A stretch of DNA of 64,000 bases. It comes from the human T2T-CHM13v2.0 reference genome, Homo sapiens. Where the stretch lies: assembly GCF_009914755.1 (NCBI RefSeq), contig NC_060925.1. One strand, 5' to 3'. Position 1 is the first letter of the stretch. Each line of letters opens with the position of its first letter. Positions 28,689-44,888 of this stretch are shown piece by piece. Below the pieces are notes generated by a model that was not told where the DNA came from, did no database searches, and was given only the letters and a program-made list of their open reading frames with translations. Position numbers and translations under genes: made by a program.

Positions 28689-31600
28689 AAAACAACACAG
28701 TTCTTATGGAAAGCATTGACAATGTGAAATTGTTGTAATCTTCACACACTTAATCCTGAGTGCCCAGACAGTGGACATCTGTGATACATTCACAAGTAAC
28801 CCATGTTTCCTTCTTAATCAGACACTGTACTTATGAGTCCCACTTGGGGAAAATGCCTCCCTTGGGCTTGATTATTATGAGTAACAGCTTTGTGGAAAGC
28901 CATTTTGTAGTTTTTGAATAAATTCCTCCATCAAAAAGGCTAGCACCTGGCCTCAAGAAATAGAAATGGGACAGAGGAAATGAAAATCCAAGCCTGATAG
29001 GCTTGGATCAGGGTGTGCTGCTGTGGAGTCCCTGCCAGCGTGCACCGCAGTTCCATTATAACAGAAAAATGCAGGTGGTGCTCCAGGCTATTGAGGCTGA
29101 GGGGCACCCCTGGAATGAGGCTGCACATCTCACTGTGAAATCATGAGGGGCTGGAGGGCTCACAGTGTTTGATGCAAGGAGGCAGGGATGTGTGCTCCTG
29201 TTAGAAACAAACGCTTAATTGATGCTCTTCTCTGTTTATAAAAACATATTCTTTTTAAGTGAGAAAGCAGAAAACGAATATTGGGTGGACGGAAACAAAG
29301 TCTTCAGTGACTGACGCTTGTAAGTGGAGTGGGCTGAGAAACCCTTTTCTAGGGGGGCCCCCACCCTCCCTCTCTGGCTCTTCCCTCCCTCTGTCTGGGA
29401 AATAAAACCCAGAGCTCAAGGCCTCAAGTTTACTTGGGTATCTGGTTTCAAGGGTTTTTTTTTAGGACTTTAGCAGGTGAAGAGACAGTCTGTGATTTCC
29501 ACTAAACAACTGCAAATGCATGACTTAGGCTCTCTGCTGTGAGGACTGAGGACAGCCTGGACTTTGGGGAGGTTCCTCTGTGGTTCATGGCTGATGCTCT
29601 TCCTTCTTTTGGACACACCTTCTATTACGCTCCACAGTCTACCTGTCCCAAAAATGAGGAAGTGGAAAAATGAAATCTGCAGACAATAACTAGAATTCAG
29701 TAGTGTGCCTGTTCTCCCATCCTCTGTAACACCCCACCATAACCATCCTGGCCTCAGGAAAGCCCTTCGATATAAGGAGGAAGGAAGAGAGGGAGTGATG
29801 GAGAAAGAGGTCAAGGAAGCTGAAGGCAGAGGCGGGAAAGAAAGACATGCTAATGATGCCCACGTTGCACGGCTGTTCTGAGGTTTAGAATGAGACAATC
29901 TATATGAGGAACTCAGCACATGGCCTGGCCCGTTGATATGTGTATATGTGGAAAAACAGTCATGCCTTTGACATCTGTGACTTACCTACCCAGCAAGCAG
30001 GATGAGCGTGGGACTCAGAGGGGAGGCAGGCAGTGGCAGCAGTAGCAGCAGCCCAGGAGAGGTTGAGGCAGAGGGGCGAGGGGACAGGGATGGCATTAGG
30101 GGACAGGAGAACCGTTGTGTCTGTGGTGGTCACCAGAGTGCACATCTGATATTCACAAATAGAAACTTTGAATCTGGAGGGTTTTCTCTTGTCTCCTTGC
30201 CGGCTGGATCATTTAAAGACAGTTTAAGTCGTCGGCCCAAAGTTGCAAGCAAAAGAGTAACGATGCCCATGTCCACGAGCACCGCTTCTCAGCTGAGCGT
30301 TACAAAGGGAAGAAAGAAATTTGGTCTCTCTAAACATCTAGCTCTAGTGAACAGCTGGTCTAGTTTTTCTGCAACATGGCCTAATCACATACCAGATAGG
30401 AATAACAAACAAAGACTGAAAGACAAAAGTTTACGTTTTCATTCATTGCTAGGGAGGAATTAAAACAACCCCACAACCGATGAAGTCAGAATAGTCAATG
30501 AGGACTTTGAATCCCAGAGGTTAACACTTCCTCCTCTCCGTCTGGCAAAACGCTGCAGTGCTGACTTCAGAACAGAACCCAGCTAGATGCTCAGTTTTCT
30601 AAATCACAGCACCGACACTTCTCACTGGGAGAAAACAGAACCACCCCAAATGCTTGCAAGTCATACCCTATCTCCATTTAATCTAGGCAGAACTTCTGTC
30701 ACGGAGACACAGTCAATGAACACTGTAAAATCCTTCAGAATCTGTCCGGATGAGGTGGATACAACACTAAGTAAAACATAAATCGGGGCAGTGACAATGA
30801 ATTGATGGGGTAAACCTAGACTGTGCTGAAAGCAGGACCCCTCCTGAATAAATTCACAATATCTGGCTCCTCCAGCAGGGATTCTCCTGGTTCCTCATTT
30901 TAACTGTAGATCAGCATATTCTTTCAGACAACTCATTCTAGGAAGGCGGGCCTGGCAGGCAGGCCAACCTGTCGGGTTGTTCGCGCCTCATTCTGCAAGG
31001 CCAGTGATAAGCGTGTCTCCTTTCTAAAAGAGCTGCCCAGAAACAATGACAGCAGGAGAGCCAGGCCCACACAGAAAGCAGCAGATTCCTTGACTGCTAA
31101 GCGGGTTTTAAACACTAATAATCTGAAGAGAGATGGAGGAGACACGAGGGAAAACCTCAAGTCGCCAGGAAGGAAATGATTTCAAATATATTCATACAGG
31201 GTGGGGGAACTGACCCAGTTTATTAGGAGATTTCAAAAAATTCCTTTTGTAGTAAAGGAATGATTTCAAATTTGTCTTCCTTTTCAATTTGCCTTTCCAG
31301 TAAGAAAATAATAAACAGAATGAAATCAAACTCTTGAAACTTTAAGTCATTCAGAGCTACAAAGGCAACTTTGTTCACCTAGCAACCATGCCAAAGAAGA
31401 AAATCATCTTTTTTTTTAACCCCAAAATGCTGTTTCTTCTGTTCTAATAGGCAGTTAGCCCTCCTGAAATTTCCCTTAACTAGCTGCACTGGGGAATGAG
31501 TGCAGGTTCCAAGCCACCCCTTGCTGAAGGGCAGAAAAGCACTGAGTGCTGTATTTGGAGGCAACCTCGCAGGATAGGCCTGGCAGTACCAATGTGAATT

Positions 31601-31785
31601 AAACACGGGGGCACCGTGTTTTTGGGCATCTGCCCAAAAATCTCAGCCCCATCCTGAGTGCTGACTTGGGAGTTAAGAACATTCTTGTTTCTGTGGGGCA
31701 CAATTACGTCTGTAGTAGCTCCAAAGCCTACTTGTATATCAAATCACTTAGGAAACTGATTAAACAATATAAGTCCTTGGGTCCC

Positions 31786-31874
31786 GGGAGGTGGAGGTTG
31801 CAGTGAGCCCAGATCACACCACTGCACTCCAGCCTGGGCAACAGAGTGAGACTCTTTCTCAAAAAAAGAAAAAA
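31786..31874 (+). mobile_element. Severely 5'-truncated Alu (right-arm 3' end) inserted in a MER5-like element (~31720-31950)
   Basis: TSD aagtccttgggtccc at 31771-31785 and 31875-31889. Confidence 0.88.
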
Positions 31875-33044
31875 AAGTCCTTGGGTCCCACCCCAGGCCC
31901 ATGGAATTCGAATGTGTGGGTAGGACATGGGAATGTGTAGTTAACTAGCTTGCAGGGGAGGAGGGGAGTCTGCTCCAGGTTTGCCCTGGCTCTGGCTTGT
32001 GAGAGGCGCCATGCTAGGTAGCACACCCATGCACTGCCTGCCTCTCCTAGCCCACCTGCAACTCCCATTTTGCCTTCACTCTCCTTTCTTAAAAAACAGA
32101 GTGGAGGGCATGGTTTCCTCACAAGCCAGCTATTACCCGGCAGGTTCTGGGGGAGCCTTCCTGAGCCCTTTTCCATTTGCACATGATCCTGGATTTGTCA
32201 AATGGCAAATTGTCATCTTAGAAATCATCTAGGGGACTGGGAGGCACATTTCCAGCAGTTAGGAAAAAAGAAAGGTGAGTATCAACTACCAGTCCAAGGA
32301 AAGAAGGCATCAAAAAGCTCGTCCAATCATGGAACCTCCAAGGCCTCTGTAAAAGCCAACAGGGTTAGGCCAGGGAGGATGGACCCAGACAGGGCATCTC
32401 ACTCTCATCCCTCCTCCCTTCTCTCCCACTCACGGTGATCTGCTGGCCCCATGGTGACGAGTTGGGCCTGTCCACGTGTCTGGCTCATGGAAAGGCAGGG
32501 ATGTGGCTCAGTATTGAACCCCAGTCCCACTACTCGTGCCTGCAGCAGGCCACCAGACCCTTGACTGAATTAGGATCTCTTCTGTCCAGACTGTATGGCC
32601 CAGACTCCAAATCCATGTTCCCCAGAACCTTTGTTCATTCAGTACAAAAAAACAAATTGGGCCATGCAATAAACAGGTCATCAAGCAGAGCTCTGAGGAC
32701 CCAAAGAGGACTCAGTTGTGGCTTCTCTGTTTAGGGAACTGCCATAGAGTGAAGTAGGAAAGTTTGCAGAGCAAGGGGAGAGGAATGCTGGGCATGGCCC
32801 CGGGCTGTCAGCTGGTGAGGAAGAGCTGTTGAGACTGAGGTTGGAAGAGAAGCTGCGGGCATGTGGAAGGGAGAGGAGAGTCCCTGCAGGAGGAGCAAGC
32901 AGTGTGCAAGCATGTGGGGCAGGGAGCACAGGTAGTGTGTGCACAGTGTGTACACAAAACAGTGAGAGATGGGGGGGGAGTGGGAAACACAGCCAGTGGC
33001 AATACTGGAGGTCTCTGGGTAGCAGATGAAAGAGTCTAGCCTAA

Positions 33045-33363
<319 letters not shown>

Positions 33364-33589
33364 GAGTCTAGCCTAATTCTTGAGGCAACAGGAAGATGTC
33401 AACTCCAGGGCTTATCTACGTGGCTGTCTAGACCCACACTGCTGGTCCTCACTGCCCCCTTCCAGCCACTTGCTTCACGGGCCTGTGAGTCCTCTTGCTC
33501 AGTCAGCCCCTGGATCTAGCTGTTCCTGCAACCACCCTGTCCTGCCTCCTGAAAACTAAAGGAAATACTCAAGGGACACTCTCCTTGTT

Positions 33590-33975
33590 GAGGGAGATAA
33601 CAGAGATGGCTAGTTACCATTTATCATCTGTTTTCTCCTTCTTCTGTGAACACACGATTTCATTCTGGGCTCATGGCTGCCCAAAGTACACTTTCCAGAC
33701 CCTCTTCCAGGTGGCATGTGACAATGTTCCGGCTGATGGGATACAACAGGAGGATATTGTGGCAGCTTCCTAGAACCTCATTAACAGACTGCTGATGCAT
33801 GCCCTTGGTCTTCATTTTCTGTGTCCTTTCCTCTATCCCTTTAAGCCTGTAACTTAAATTGTGGAACTCAAATTTTGGAAGCTACCATACCAACCATCAT
33901 CAAAGTCCAAGAGAAATAAGCTTCTAACATGCATGCCACTCTTATTTCATGGCTCACTGCCAAATCTAACACAAC
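33590..33975 (+). mobile_element. Old ERVL LTR (LTR33/LTR16-like)
   Basis: acactttccagaccctcttccaggtggcatgtgac…gagaaataagcttcta…gccactcttattt; degenerate match. Confidence 0.45.
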
Positions 33976-34282
33976 TGGTATATTGAATTTGCTTAGAGTC
34001 TAGAAAGAGAAGATAGGCATAACTCCCTGGTATGCTTCCCAAATCTTCCCCCATTTACATTAGGTTGGACAAAACATGTATAGTTTTGTATGAAATTTGA
34101 ATATAATGTTTTGCATCTCCAGCACACACAAAGACGGTGAGCACAAACGGCTAAATCTGTTGTAAACATGCTGCCACAGAAAAGGGTTTTGCAAACATTT
34201 TGTGTAGCAATCACCTAGGGGATGAGATCTAAGAGCTATTTATCCTTCTGACTTTCACAGCCTATCTTCTGCTTCCATGTAG

Positions 34283-34579
<297 letters not shown>

Positions 34580-35488
34580 ATTTATTCCAAATTTCTCAAT
34601 GCCATTTGTTTGTTAGCTGGTTAAAACTTTAGGTGCCAAGTTATCTTTTCATTCTGTGTTTCTTATTTCTGCTGGACCACCTGTCTCGGCACGCTGGCAG
34701 AGGGCCTTGTGGCCTCCGACGGATGAGCTTCCTCTTTTTGAACAGCATTAAGAGGTGACGTTCCTGTGGTCCATCCAGGACTTCCACCATGCCAAGTCCC
34801 CCCATACTCCCAGAATAGGACCCACAGCGAAGATTTCCTCTGCCACACGGCTCTCGCCTGCCCCTTCCCCTTCAGAAAACACCTCAGCCCGGATGAACAC
34901 TACACATCCTCAGTCAGGTGCCACACTTGTTTTCCAGGAGACTTACTCCAAACTGCCATGATTTCTGAGGTTGAATACAATTGGGCAGATGTAGGCACTG
35001 AGCAACTGAAAAAATATGTTATTAGTCTCCATGTGAGTTAGGGGGAAAGGCTGTCACAGCCAATTCTGACTGGATGGTTTAGCTACATTTTGAGTTCTCC
35101 TTATGAGCTTAAAATATAATTCTGATTCTAAAGTGGACACTGTGCAGAGCATCTAATTTGACCCTTATAACTCAAACATGGAGGCTTAGAAATATTTATA
35201 GGGTATTTAAATTTGTCCTCATCATCAGGACAAGCAAATAATGCTGTGGTAGAAGAGACAAAGAAGACCTAGATAAGAAAACAAACTGCTTATTGGTGCC
35301 TAAGCTTAGGATATGACCCAGGGCACAAATCTCAGGTTAAATCAAAGCCCTCTAGGATTTTTCCAAAAGCAATGGTTCCCCAGATGGCTGGGTTTCCAAT
35401 TCGGAAGCTGAGGATGACAGGCTTCAAAATTTAGCTTTCGACAGAGCTCTTTCGGAGCTTCCTGTGCCATCCTAGCATTTCTGCCTTA

Positions 35489-35809
<321 letters not shown>

Positions 35810-36099
35810 CTAGAATGTTTGCTTCAACGGATTTCCCCATGCCTTCATCAGAGGGGAAGAGGCTGAAGGGAGTCGAGGAATCAGGAAATTTGTTTGTCCT
35901 CAAATAAGTCCCCCAAAGAAGTCACAATTCTCATAATCATGAACTCTTTTATTCACTCACATTCAGTCTGAGTCTCTGTAGAAAATATATTTAAACGATT
36001 TAAAAATTTTTATGGAGATATGAGCTAAATGTCAACACAGAAGAACATCATTTCAGTGGGAGGCAGTAGTTGACAAACAGGTTTTGAAAAAGGTAGTAC

Positions 36100-36240
36100 A
36101 TACTAGCTACTTGACTTTAGTCCATTTATTTAACTGGTCCAGGCTTGTTTCCTCATCTGTAAAACAGGCTATTGTAAGGATGAAATAAAATGGCATATGC
36201 AAAGTGATTAGTCACCACGCAAAAATGGTAGTTGTTCCTA
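36100..36240 (+). mobile_element. MIR fragment
   Basis: gtttcctcatctgtaaaacagg…ttgtaaggatgaaataaaat. Confidence 0.6.
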
Positions 36241-36344
36241 TTATTTTTACTAGATTGTGAGCTCCCTAAGGGCAGTGCCTGGCAGGTAGAAATTCAGTAA
36301 ACACACAAACAAATAAATAAACAAACTGATGAGCTAGTGAATAC

Positions 36345-37735
36345 CTTACTTTACTCACCAAATATTGAGTGCATCCAATGCACTGTGAATACAGCAATGA
36401 AACAAATATATAAAATCCCTGTCCTTGTATAGCTTATCAGTTCAGGTTAAAGAAGACAGACACAAAAAAATAATAATAAAGCAAAAAAGGTCTGGAATGA
36501 CAGGGTGGGAATAGCTATTTTAAATAGGGGATCGGAGAAGGTCTCCCTGGGATGTCTGAGTAGAGACCTGAAGGAGGTCGGGGGGAACTCAGCGCAGATA
36601 ACTGAGAGAAGGGTTTTCCAGGCAGACAGATGACTACGTCCAAGGCCTTGAGGTGGGAACATACTTATTATATGTTCCTAGAGCAGCACGAAAGTCTATA
36701 GTGGAGGGCACAAGTGGGAAAGTAGTAGATGAAGCAGAGAGGTAGCCAGGGGCAGATCCAACTTAGAATGAGTTAGAGGAACGGTTGGATGGCTTTAGCT
36801 TAAAAGAAACGTGGTCTGACTTATGTCTTAGGAGGACCACTCTGGCTTGCTGCCCAGAGAAAGGACTGTCGAGGGAACAAGAGTGGGAGCCAGGGCATCA
36901 CTTGTGAAGCTGTTAGTGAACCCAGATGCAAGAGAATGATGACTTGGTCCTGGGTGGCTGGAGGAAGTGGTGAGAAATGATTAGATTCTGGATACATTTG
37001 AAAGCAGTCTGATGAGAATTGTTGATGAATTTCAACATGGGGTATTGAAAAGATGAGAAAAGAATGATGCTAAGGTTTCTGTCCTGAGCAGGATGAAGAA
37101 TGAAATTACTATTTACAGAGGAGAGGAAGATTGCAGGAGGACCAGCCTTTGAGTAGGAGTGAAGGGAAGATCAGGGATTTACTTTTACATATGTTAAGTT
37201 TTAAGTGCCTAATATATCAAAATGGAGATGTCAGGGAGGCAGCTGGATTAAGGAATCTGAAGCTCTGGGGACAAGCCCTGGCTGGAGATTTATAAAATCT
37301 AGGAGAGTTATTAGCACGTAGGGGCTATTTCAAATCACCTATATGCTAATAAGAGAGTGTACAGAGAGTATGGAGAAGAGGTCTGAGAAGTAAACTCTGA
37401 GCATTCCGACATTTAAAGGTTGGACAGGTGAAGAGATCCCAATAAAGTGATAGAGCAGAAATGGCAAGTGAGTTAGAAAGAAAACCAAGTCCCAAAAGAC
37501 AAGTGAAAAAAGAGTTTAAAGGAAGAGGGAACATCAGTTACATCAAATGATGCTTACAGGTCAAATTACATGAAGAATTAACTGTTAGATTTGGCAATAT
37601 GGAGGTGTATGTTGATCTTTGCAAGACGGGTTGTGGTGGAATGGTGGGGGAGGGGTAGTCTCATGAGCGTGAATTCAAGAAATAACGGGAGGGGAAAAAG
37701 CAGAGACGGTGAATGTAGGCAACAATTTCTGGAAG
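36345..37735 (-). mobile_element. L2 LINE (3' ~1.4 kb)
   Basis: Purine-rich L2 antisense signatures: aggaccactctggct, ttagattctggatacattt, ggagatgtcagggaggcagctggat, ttagatttggcaatatggagg. Confidence 0.75.
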
Positions 37736-38005
37736 TTTAAAAAATCTTTTTGACTTTATTATCTTTCTTGGCACCTTATTGCACAGGCTAGGATCTCCTG
37801 TACGCTGCTGAGCAGAAGTGGTGAAAATTGGCATCCTTGATTTTTCCAAAGAAGCATCACTTAGTTTCATTATTTTTCCTCCAATGTTTCTCTATTTTCT
37901 AGAGAAACCATAGACATCCAACTCTTATCTCTAAAATTTTCTTCCTTTTACTTGCTTTGGATTTATATTCATCAGTTTTTTCTAGTACGAGGTGAAAACT
38001 TACGT

Positions 38006-38194
38006 CAAGGGTCACTAACGTTTTTCTGTAAAGGGCCAGAGAGTAAATATTTTAAGCATTGTGGGCCACATGTGGTCTCTGTTGCAGCTGCCTCTCTTCC
38101 TCCTCCTGCTTCTCTTTCTCTTCCCCTTCCCCTCTTCCTTTTAAAAATGTAAAAGCCATTCTAAGCTCATGAACCCTAGTTTGCCAAACGCTGG
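38006..38194. mobile_element. MER58 hAT-Charlie MITE
   Basis: caagggtcactaacgtttttctgtaaagggccagagagtaaatatttt…tagtttgccaaacgctg. Confidence 0.8.
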
Positions 38195-39097
38195 CTTACA
38201 TCTCGATTTTAAACCTTTCTTCTTTGCTAATATAAACTTTTACAGCTGCACATTTCTCTCTATGCATTGCTTTAGTTGCATCCCACACATTTTTTATATG
38301 CTGCGTTTTGTTTTCATTCAGTTCAGTTATTTTGTGATTAACTTAGTTATTCCTTTCTTGACTCCTGAGTTTAGAAGTGTGTTGCTTATTTTCCAAATAT
38401 TTGGGAATTTTTATGATGTACATTTTTGTAAGTTTCGAGTTTAATTCCAGTGTTACTGGAGAATGAACACTTATTATTTCAGTCTCTTGAAATTTATTGA
38501 GAGCTATTTGATGGCTTAGCACATGGTGTATTTCGGTGACTGTTTCAAATGCTCTTGAAAACATCTGTATTCTGCTGTTGCTACATGAAGTGTTCTGTAA
38601 ATGTCAATTAGTTTAAAATGGTTGACAGTATCATTCAAATATGCTAGATACTAATATTTTTGTGTGAATTTTCTATCACTTATTGAAGCTATAGTGTTAA
38701 TGTGTTCAACTATAATTGTAGATTTTTCTGTTTTTACTTTTAATTCAGTCAGTTTTTGCTTCTTATAGTTCTGTTATCAGGTGTATGCACATTTAGGACT
38801 GTTATGTCTTCTTGATGAATTAACTCTTTGATTATTATGAAATATACTTCTTTAGTGTGGTGATACACCTCATCTTGAAGTCTGATATTAATAAAGCTAA
38901 TCCAGGTTTCCTATAATTAGTGTTTGTAAGGAATGCAACTTTCTATCTTTTTATTTTTAAATAGCACAAAACAAATAGGTGTGAGGGTTCCTAAGACTCT
39001 CCAGATCTTTATAGTTAAAACATCTCTTGTAAACAGCATGTAGTTAGGACTTGCTTTTTTATCTAGTCTGATGATCTCCAATTTTTAATTATAGTGA

Positions 39098-39504
<407 letters not shown>

Positions 39505-42458
39505 CAGTCATTATTTTTTAATTGAGCAACTTTTGGTATTTTATTTTTTATTCTCAATCAGCTTTTTAGCCATACCTCTTTTATTTTTTCAGTTTCTCTA
39601 AGGGTTATAATCTGTGTGCTTTATCTTATCACAATCTACTATGAATCAATTTCATATGAGTCCTCCAATGATATAAGACATTACAATGGAATATTTATCC
39701 TCTCATGTTATTTGTATTATTGTTGTCAAACGTTTTACTTCAATATGTAATTTAAACCCAAATATACATTCTTATAATTTTTTGCTTAAACAATCAATTC
39801 TAAAAGATTTTAAAAAGAAAAAAATCTTTGCTCACATATTTGCCATTTCTCACAATCTTCATTCTTTTGTGTAGAGTCGATTTTTCATCTAATATTGTTT
39901 TTTAGCCTGAAGAATGCCTTTTAAAGTTTCTTATAGTGCAGGTCAGTTGGTGATTATCTTAGCTTTTTTAATCTGAAAATATATCTTAATTTTGACTTTA
40001 TTCTTGAAGAATATTTTTCCTAGATGTAGAATTATGAGTTGATAGTTTTTGTTTTTGATTTTTCTTTATGCACTTAAAAATATTATTCCATTGTTTTCTG
40101 GCTTGTATGATTTCTTTTGATAAGTCAGAGATAATTCACACTGTTGGTTCTCTCTATATAATGCAAATGTGTTTTTAAACTCTCTCATGCTCTTGGTAAG
40201 ATGACGATTACAAATCTCACATGTGCTTATAATTTTTCTTTACCTTTAATTTTCAGAAATTTGATTATTACACATTTAGGTTTGGTTTTCTTTGTGTTTG
40301 TCTTGCTTGGGATGTGTTGAGGGCCTGGGATCTGTGGATCGATATTTTTCATCAGTTAAAAAAAATCTGGATAATATGTCTTCAGTTGCTTTTCCACCCC
40401 TATTTCACACTTCTCCATTTAGGACTTGAATTACACATATGTTAAAATACTTGATATTGTTTCACAAGACATTGGGTCTCTGTAAGTTTTCTTTAGTCTT
40501 TTCATTATTTGCATCAGACTGGATAGTCTCTACAGCCTTGAGTTCATGGATCTTTTCTGTTGTTGTTGTTGTTAAGCCCACTCACTGAATTTTCATTTCA
40601 GACATTGTATTTTTTTCAGTTCTAGAATTTTAAGTTTTTGGTGTACTTTTCCTCTCTATTAATATTCTCCATATGTTCATTCATTATGATCATTTTTCCT
40701 TTGAAATCCTAAACATAGTATTACCTGGTGGAAACTTTTTTCTATTAACTATAAAATCTTTGAGTGTGTTTGTATTTATAGTTTCATTTTTCTGGTTAAG
40801 AGTCACTTTTTTCTGCTTCTCTGCATATCTAGAAACTCTTGTTATATGCTAGATATCATTGATATTATAGTCCTGGCAGTGTGGACTTTTTGTCTTCCTT
40901 TTTAAAAGAGCCATGTTCTGTCAGGAAGTTAATTTATCTGCCCATCAGGTTGTCAGCTTGATCCTTTTAAAGCTTGTTTTAAATCTTTGGCTGGGAAGGT
41001 CCAGAGTAGTCCATATTCCAGGGGGATAATATCTCTACTCCTAAAGCCTGGTCTTTTGGGGGTCTCAACTAAATTCCCAAGATGTTCAGCAAGGTCTCCT
41101 CACTGGCTATTTGGAGCTTCTACATTTCTCAGCACTGCGTAGCCTACATAGTCTTTATTTATATCATGTCATTCCAGTTACCATTCTCTGTCAGGCTATG
41201 CCTATGCAAGAGCAGGTTAGTATCCATCTAATCACGAAAGGGGATCTCCATGCAGATTTCTGCAGCTCCTCTTTGCAATTCACTCCTGTCTGGTACTCTG
41301 ACCTACAAAGTCCACATACTTCAGCAGCCCAGGACTCGGATTCTATCCCCCTAGTTCAATAAGACCACAGTACTTTGTTTGGGCTCCACCTTCCTATACT
41401 GTAAACAAGAAAGCACCTCTGGGCAGAAAGTGGAGGCAGTAATGAAGCTCATTTTGTGTATTTCCTTTCTCTCAATGATAAGGGCCCTGCACTGCCTGTT
41501 GTCCAATATCTGAAAAGTATTGATTAATGTAATTTTTCAGTTTTATAATTGTTTATGATAGTAAGAATATTTCAGTACTGGTTATTCACTCATGGCCAAA
41601 AGAATGTCTTTGAATCTTTCTACATGTCTTTGGAGCCTTAATTAAAACACAAAACATTTCGCTTCACCCACTCCCACCCCTATTCATTATTCACTTTTTC
41701 TGGGATCTCATATCATTATTCACAGTGTCTGGTAATTAGTAGGCACTAACAAAGTTGTTGATGCATTGATTGAATGGACAAATAAAACAGTTCTTATCCA
41801 GATCTCTGTCTGAACAGGCACCAATTGAGGAACTCCATAGCAGTATATTGTATTACCTTACATATGGTGGCAGATAAAGAAAGGCTATGTTTAGACCAAG
41901 CCTCTATATAGAACCCAGGAGTGAGATGACCATAATATGCCAGAGATTGAAAACTACAACCTTCAAATCGTAATGCACATTCAGAGCTATTAGGATAACA
42001 GTCTATGAAATAGGAGTCCAGGTCAGGAAGGGGAAAAGCCCAGCCGGCTGCATTCATAAAAAGGGAGACAGTTAAAGCCTGATCCCAAATCTTCGGATTC
42101 CATTTGTCTTTCTGCCAGACCTCCTTGCTTTGGCTCTTGGCTGAAAGCATTCTTTTTTTTTTTTTTTTTTAAACATTTCAAGGGTCTCTTAACTCATTCT
42201 CCAATATACAACTTTTCTTCCCTCTGGTGAAGATGTATAGAAATGCATACTGGACTATAAACAGTGAGGCATCCAGAGAGTAATGACCACCATAACCTGA
42301 CTGCTCTGCACACTGGGACCCTTGGATTGCAAACCCTAGGCTCCAGTGGGGGTGGGGTCTCAGCCTGCCACAGTGACACATTAACACTGGCTTGCTGTAC
42401 ATTAATAATATAATTTAGGAAGAAATTCTCTTCCAATGGAGGAAATAAGACAGTTTTC

Positions 42459-42769
<311 letters not shown>

Positions 42770-44213
42770 GACAGTTTTCAGAAATATATCACACAAAGAA
42801 AAAGCATAAAGAAGGATTTTCACTTGAAGAAATTAGCAAAACTGGTTAAACAGCAGACCTCAAAAATGTGAGTTTCATTCCAATTTTCCCCTTCCTTATT
42901 CTTCTATCCAGTTCTACCATTTATCACATTGAGCTGAAAGCCAGGGCTTTTTTTTTTTTCCCTTTTCATTAAACTGGGAGGGCTGATTGCATGAGTATGT
43001 GTGTGAGTCTGTGATCTGTGTATCCATGCACATGTGTGTGTCTGTGTATGTGAGAAGATGGCGAATTTGAATTTCTGACCATCTGAGTGAAATAGCACAG
43101 TAGACTATGAGGAACACACGGGTATCTCTAAACTGGTGAAAGGGCAGTTGAGGAAACAGTTTGCCATGAAGGATGGCTTAGACTTGACAGATACATCGTA
43201 GCTGCCAACAGTTGAAAAGCTTAGTTCAGGTGAGTCTTGGGTAATCTGCTCTTAGGAGTGAAAGAGTCACACTCAGGATCATATTAAAAAAGAATATGAA
43301 AATAATAAAACCCAGTAATTTTGGAAAATGCACTAATTGCGTTGTCCAAATGTAAATCAAGGCCCATATTCTCAGGAAGACTCAGAAGGTTCAAAGCATA
43401 TTCCCTCCAAAGGAAATGCTGAAGGTCAACCCGCCCACACAGTGTGACCTTTCGAAGCCCCGGCAGAGATGAATGTCAAGCTGGCAAGGCTGTCTCTGTC
43501 TGGTATTTCCATTGAAACTGACTCTTGGCACCTTTAATTGTGGCTGTGTTTGCACTGTCACACCTTTGTCACACCTACCAATGCCAAGCCCAGCCAGACT
43601 TATTTATTCCCACCTAATTTCAAGAAGGAATAAACTTAATCTAAAAGGTATACATAGTATGAAAGCAAATGAAGAAATTTAAGTGCAAATGAGAGGTAAG
43701 AAAAATACGAACACAGAAACAATGTCAAGGGTCCTAATTGCATTCTAGGATACCCAGTACATTTACTAAAAGTGATCCACAGATTTCACTCCGGGCTTTC
43801 CAGAAGCCAATGTAGAAAGAAAACATAAATGGTTTCTTGTGTCTTTAAGGCAAAAACAAACTAATTCCTTGGAAGGATCATAGCTATTTCTGGCAAAGAC
43901 ACCAGAGAGATGATATCCCCAGGATCCTCATAAAGAGAACATTGTGCAATATGGTGAACAACATCCTTAATAACATTGCACAGTAAGTGCAAGCACAAGG
44001 TTTGCTGGGCTGTTTTAATATTTCACGGTGCAGGACGCTAGAATATGGTTGAAGTGCAATAAAGCAAAAGTATTTCTATAGGTAGTCAAAACAAGTCAGC
44101 CTTACATATGGGGCTCTCCAGAGGCCTTGCATCATCCAAGAGTAGATTCTAGAAACTCTTGAGGACTGGGAGAACTGGATACCTTTCAGGAAATCTTTGA
44201 GATGTATAATTTC

Positions 44214-44888
<675 letters not shown>

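Noticed and set aside
30002-30463. 153-aa ORF antisense to PCNX2
   Set aside because: Low-complexity G/S-rich start and no recognisable homology; consistent with chance
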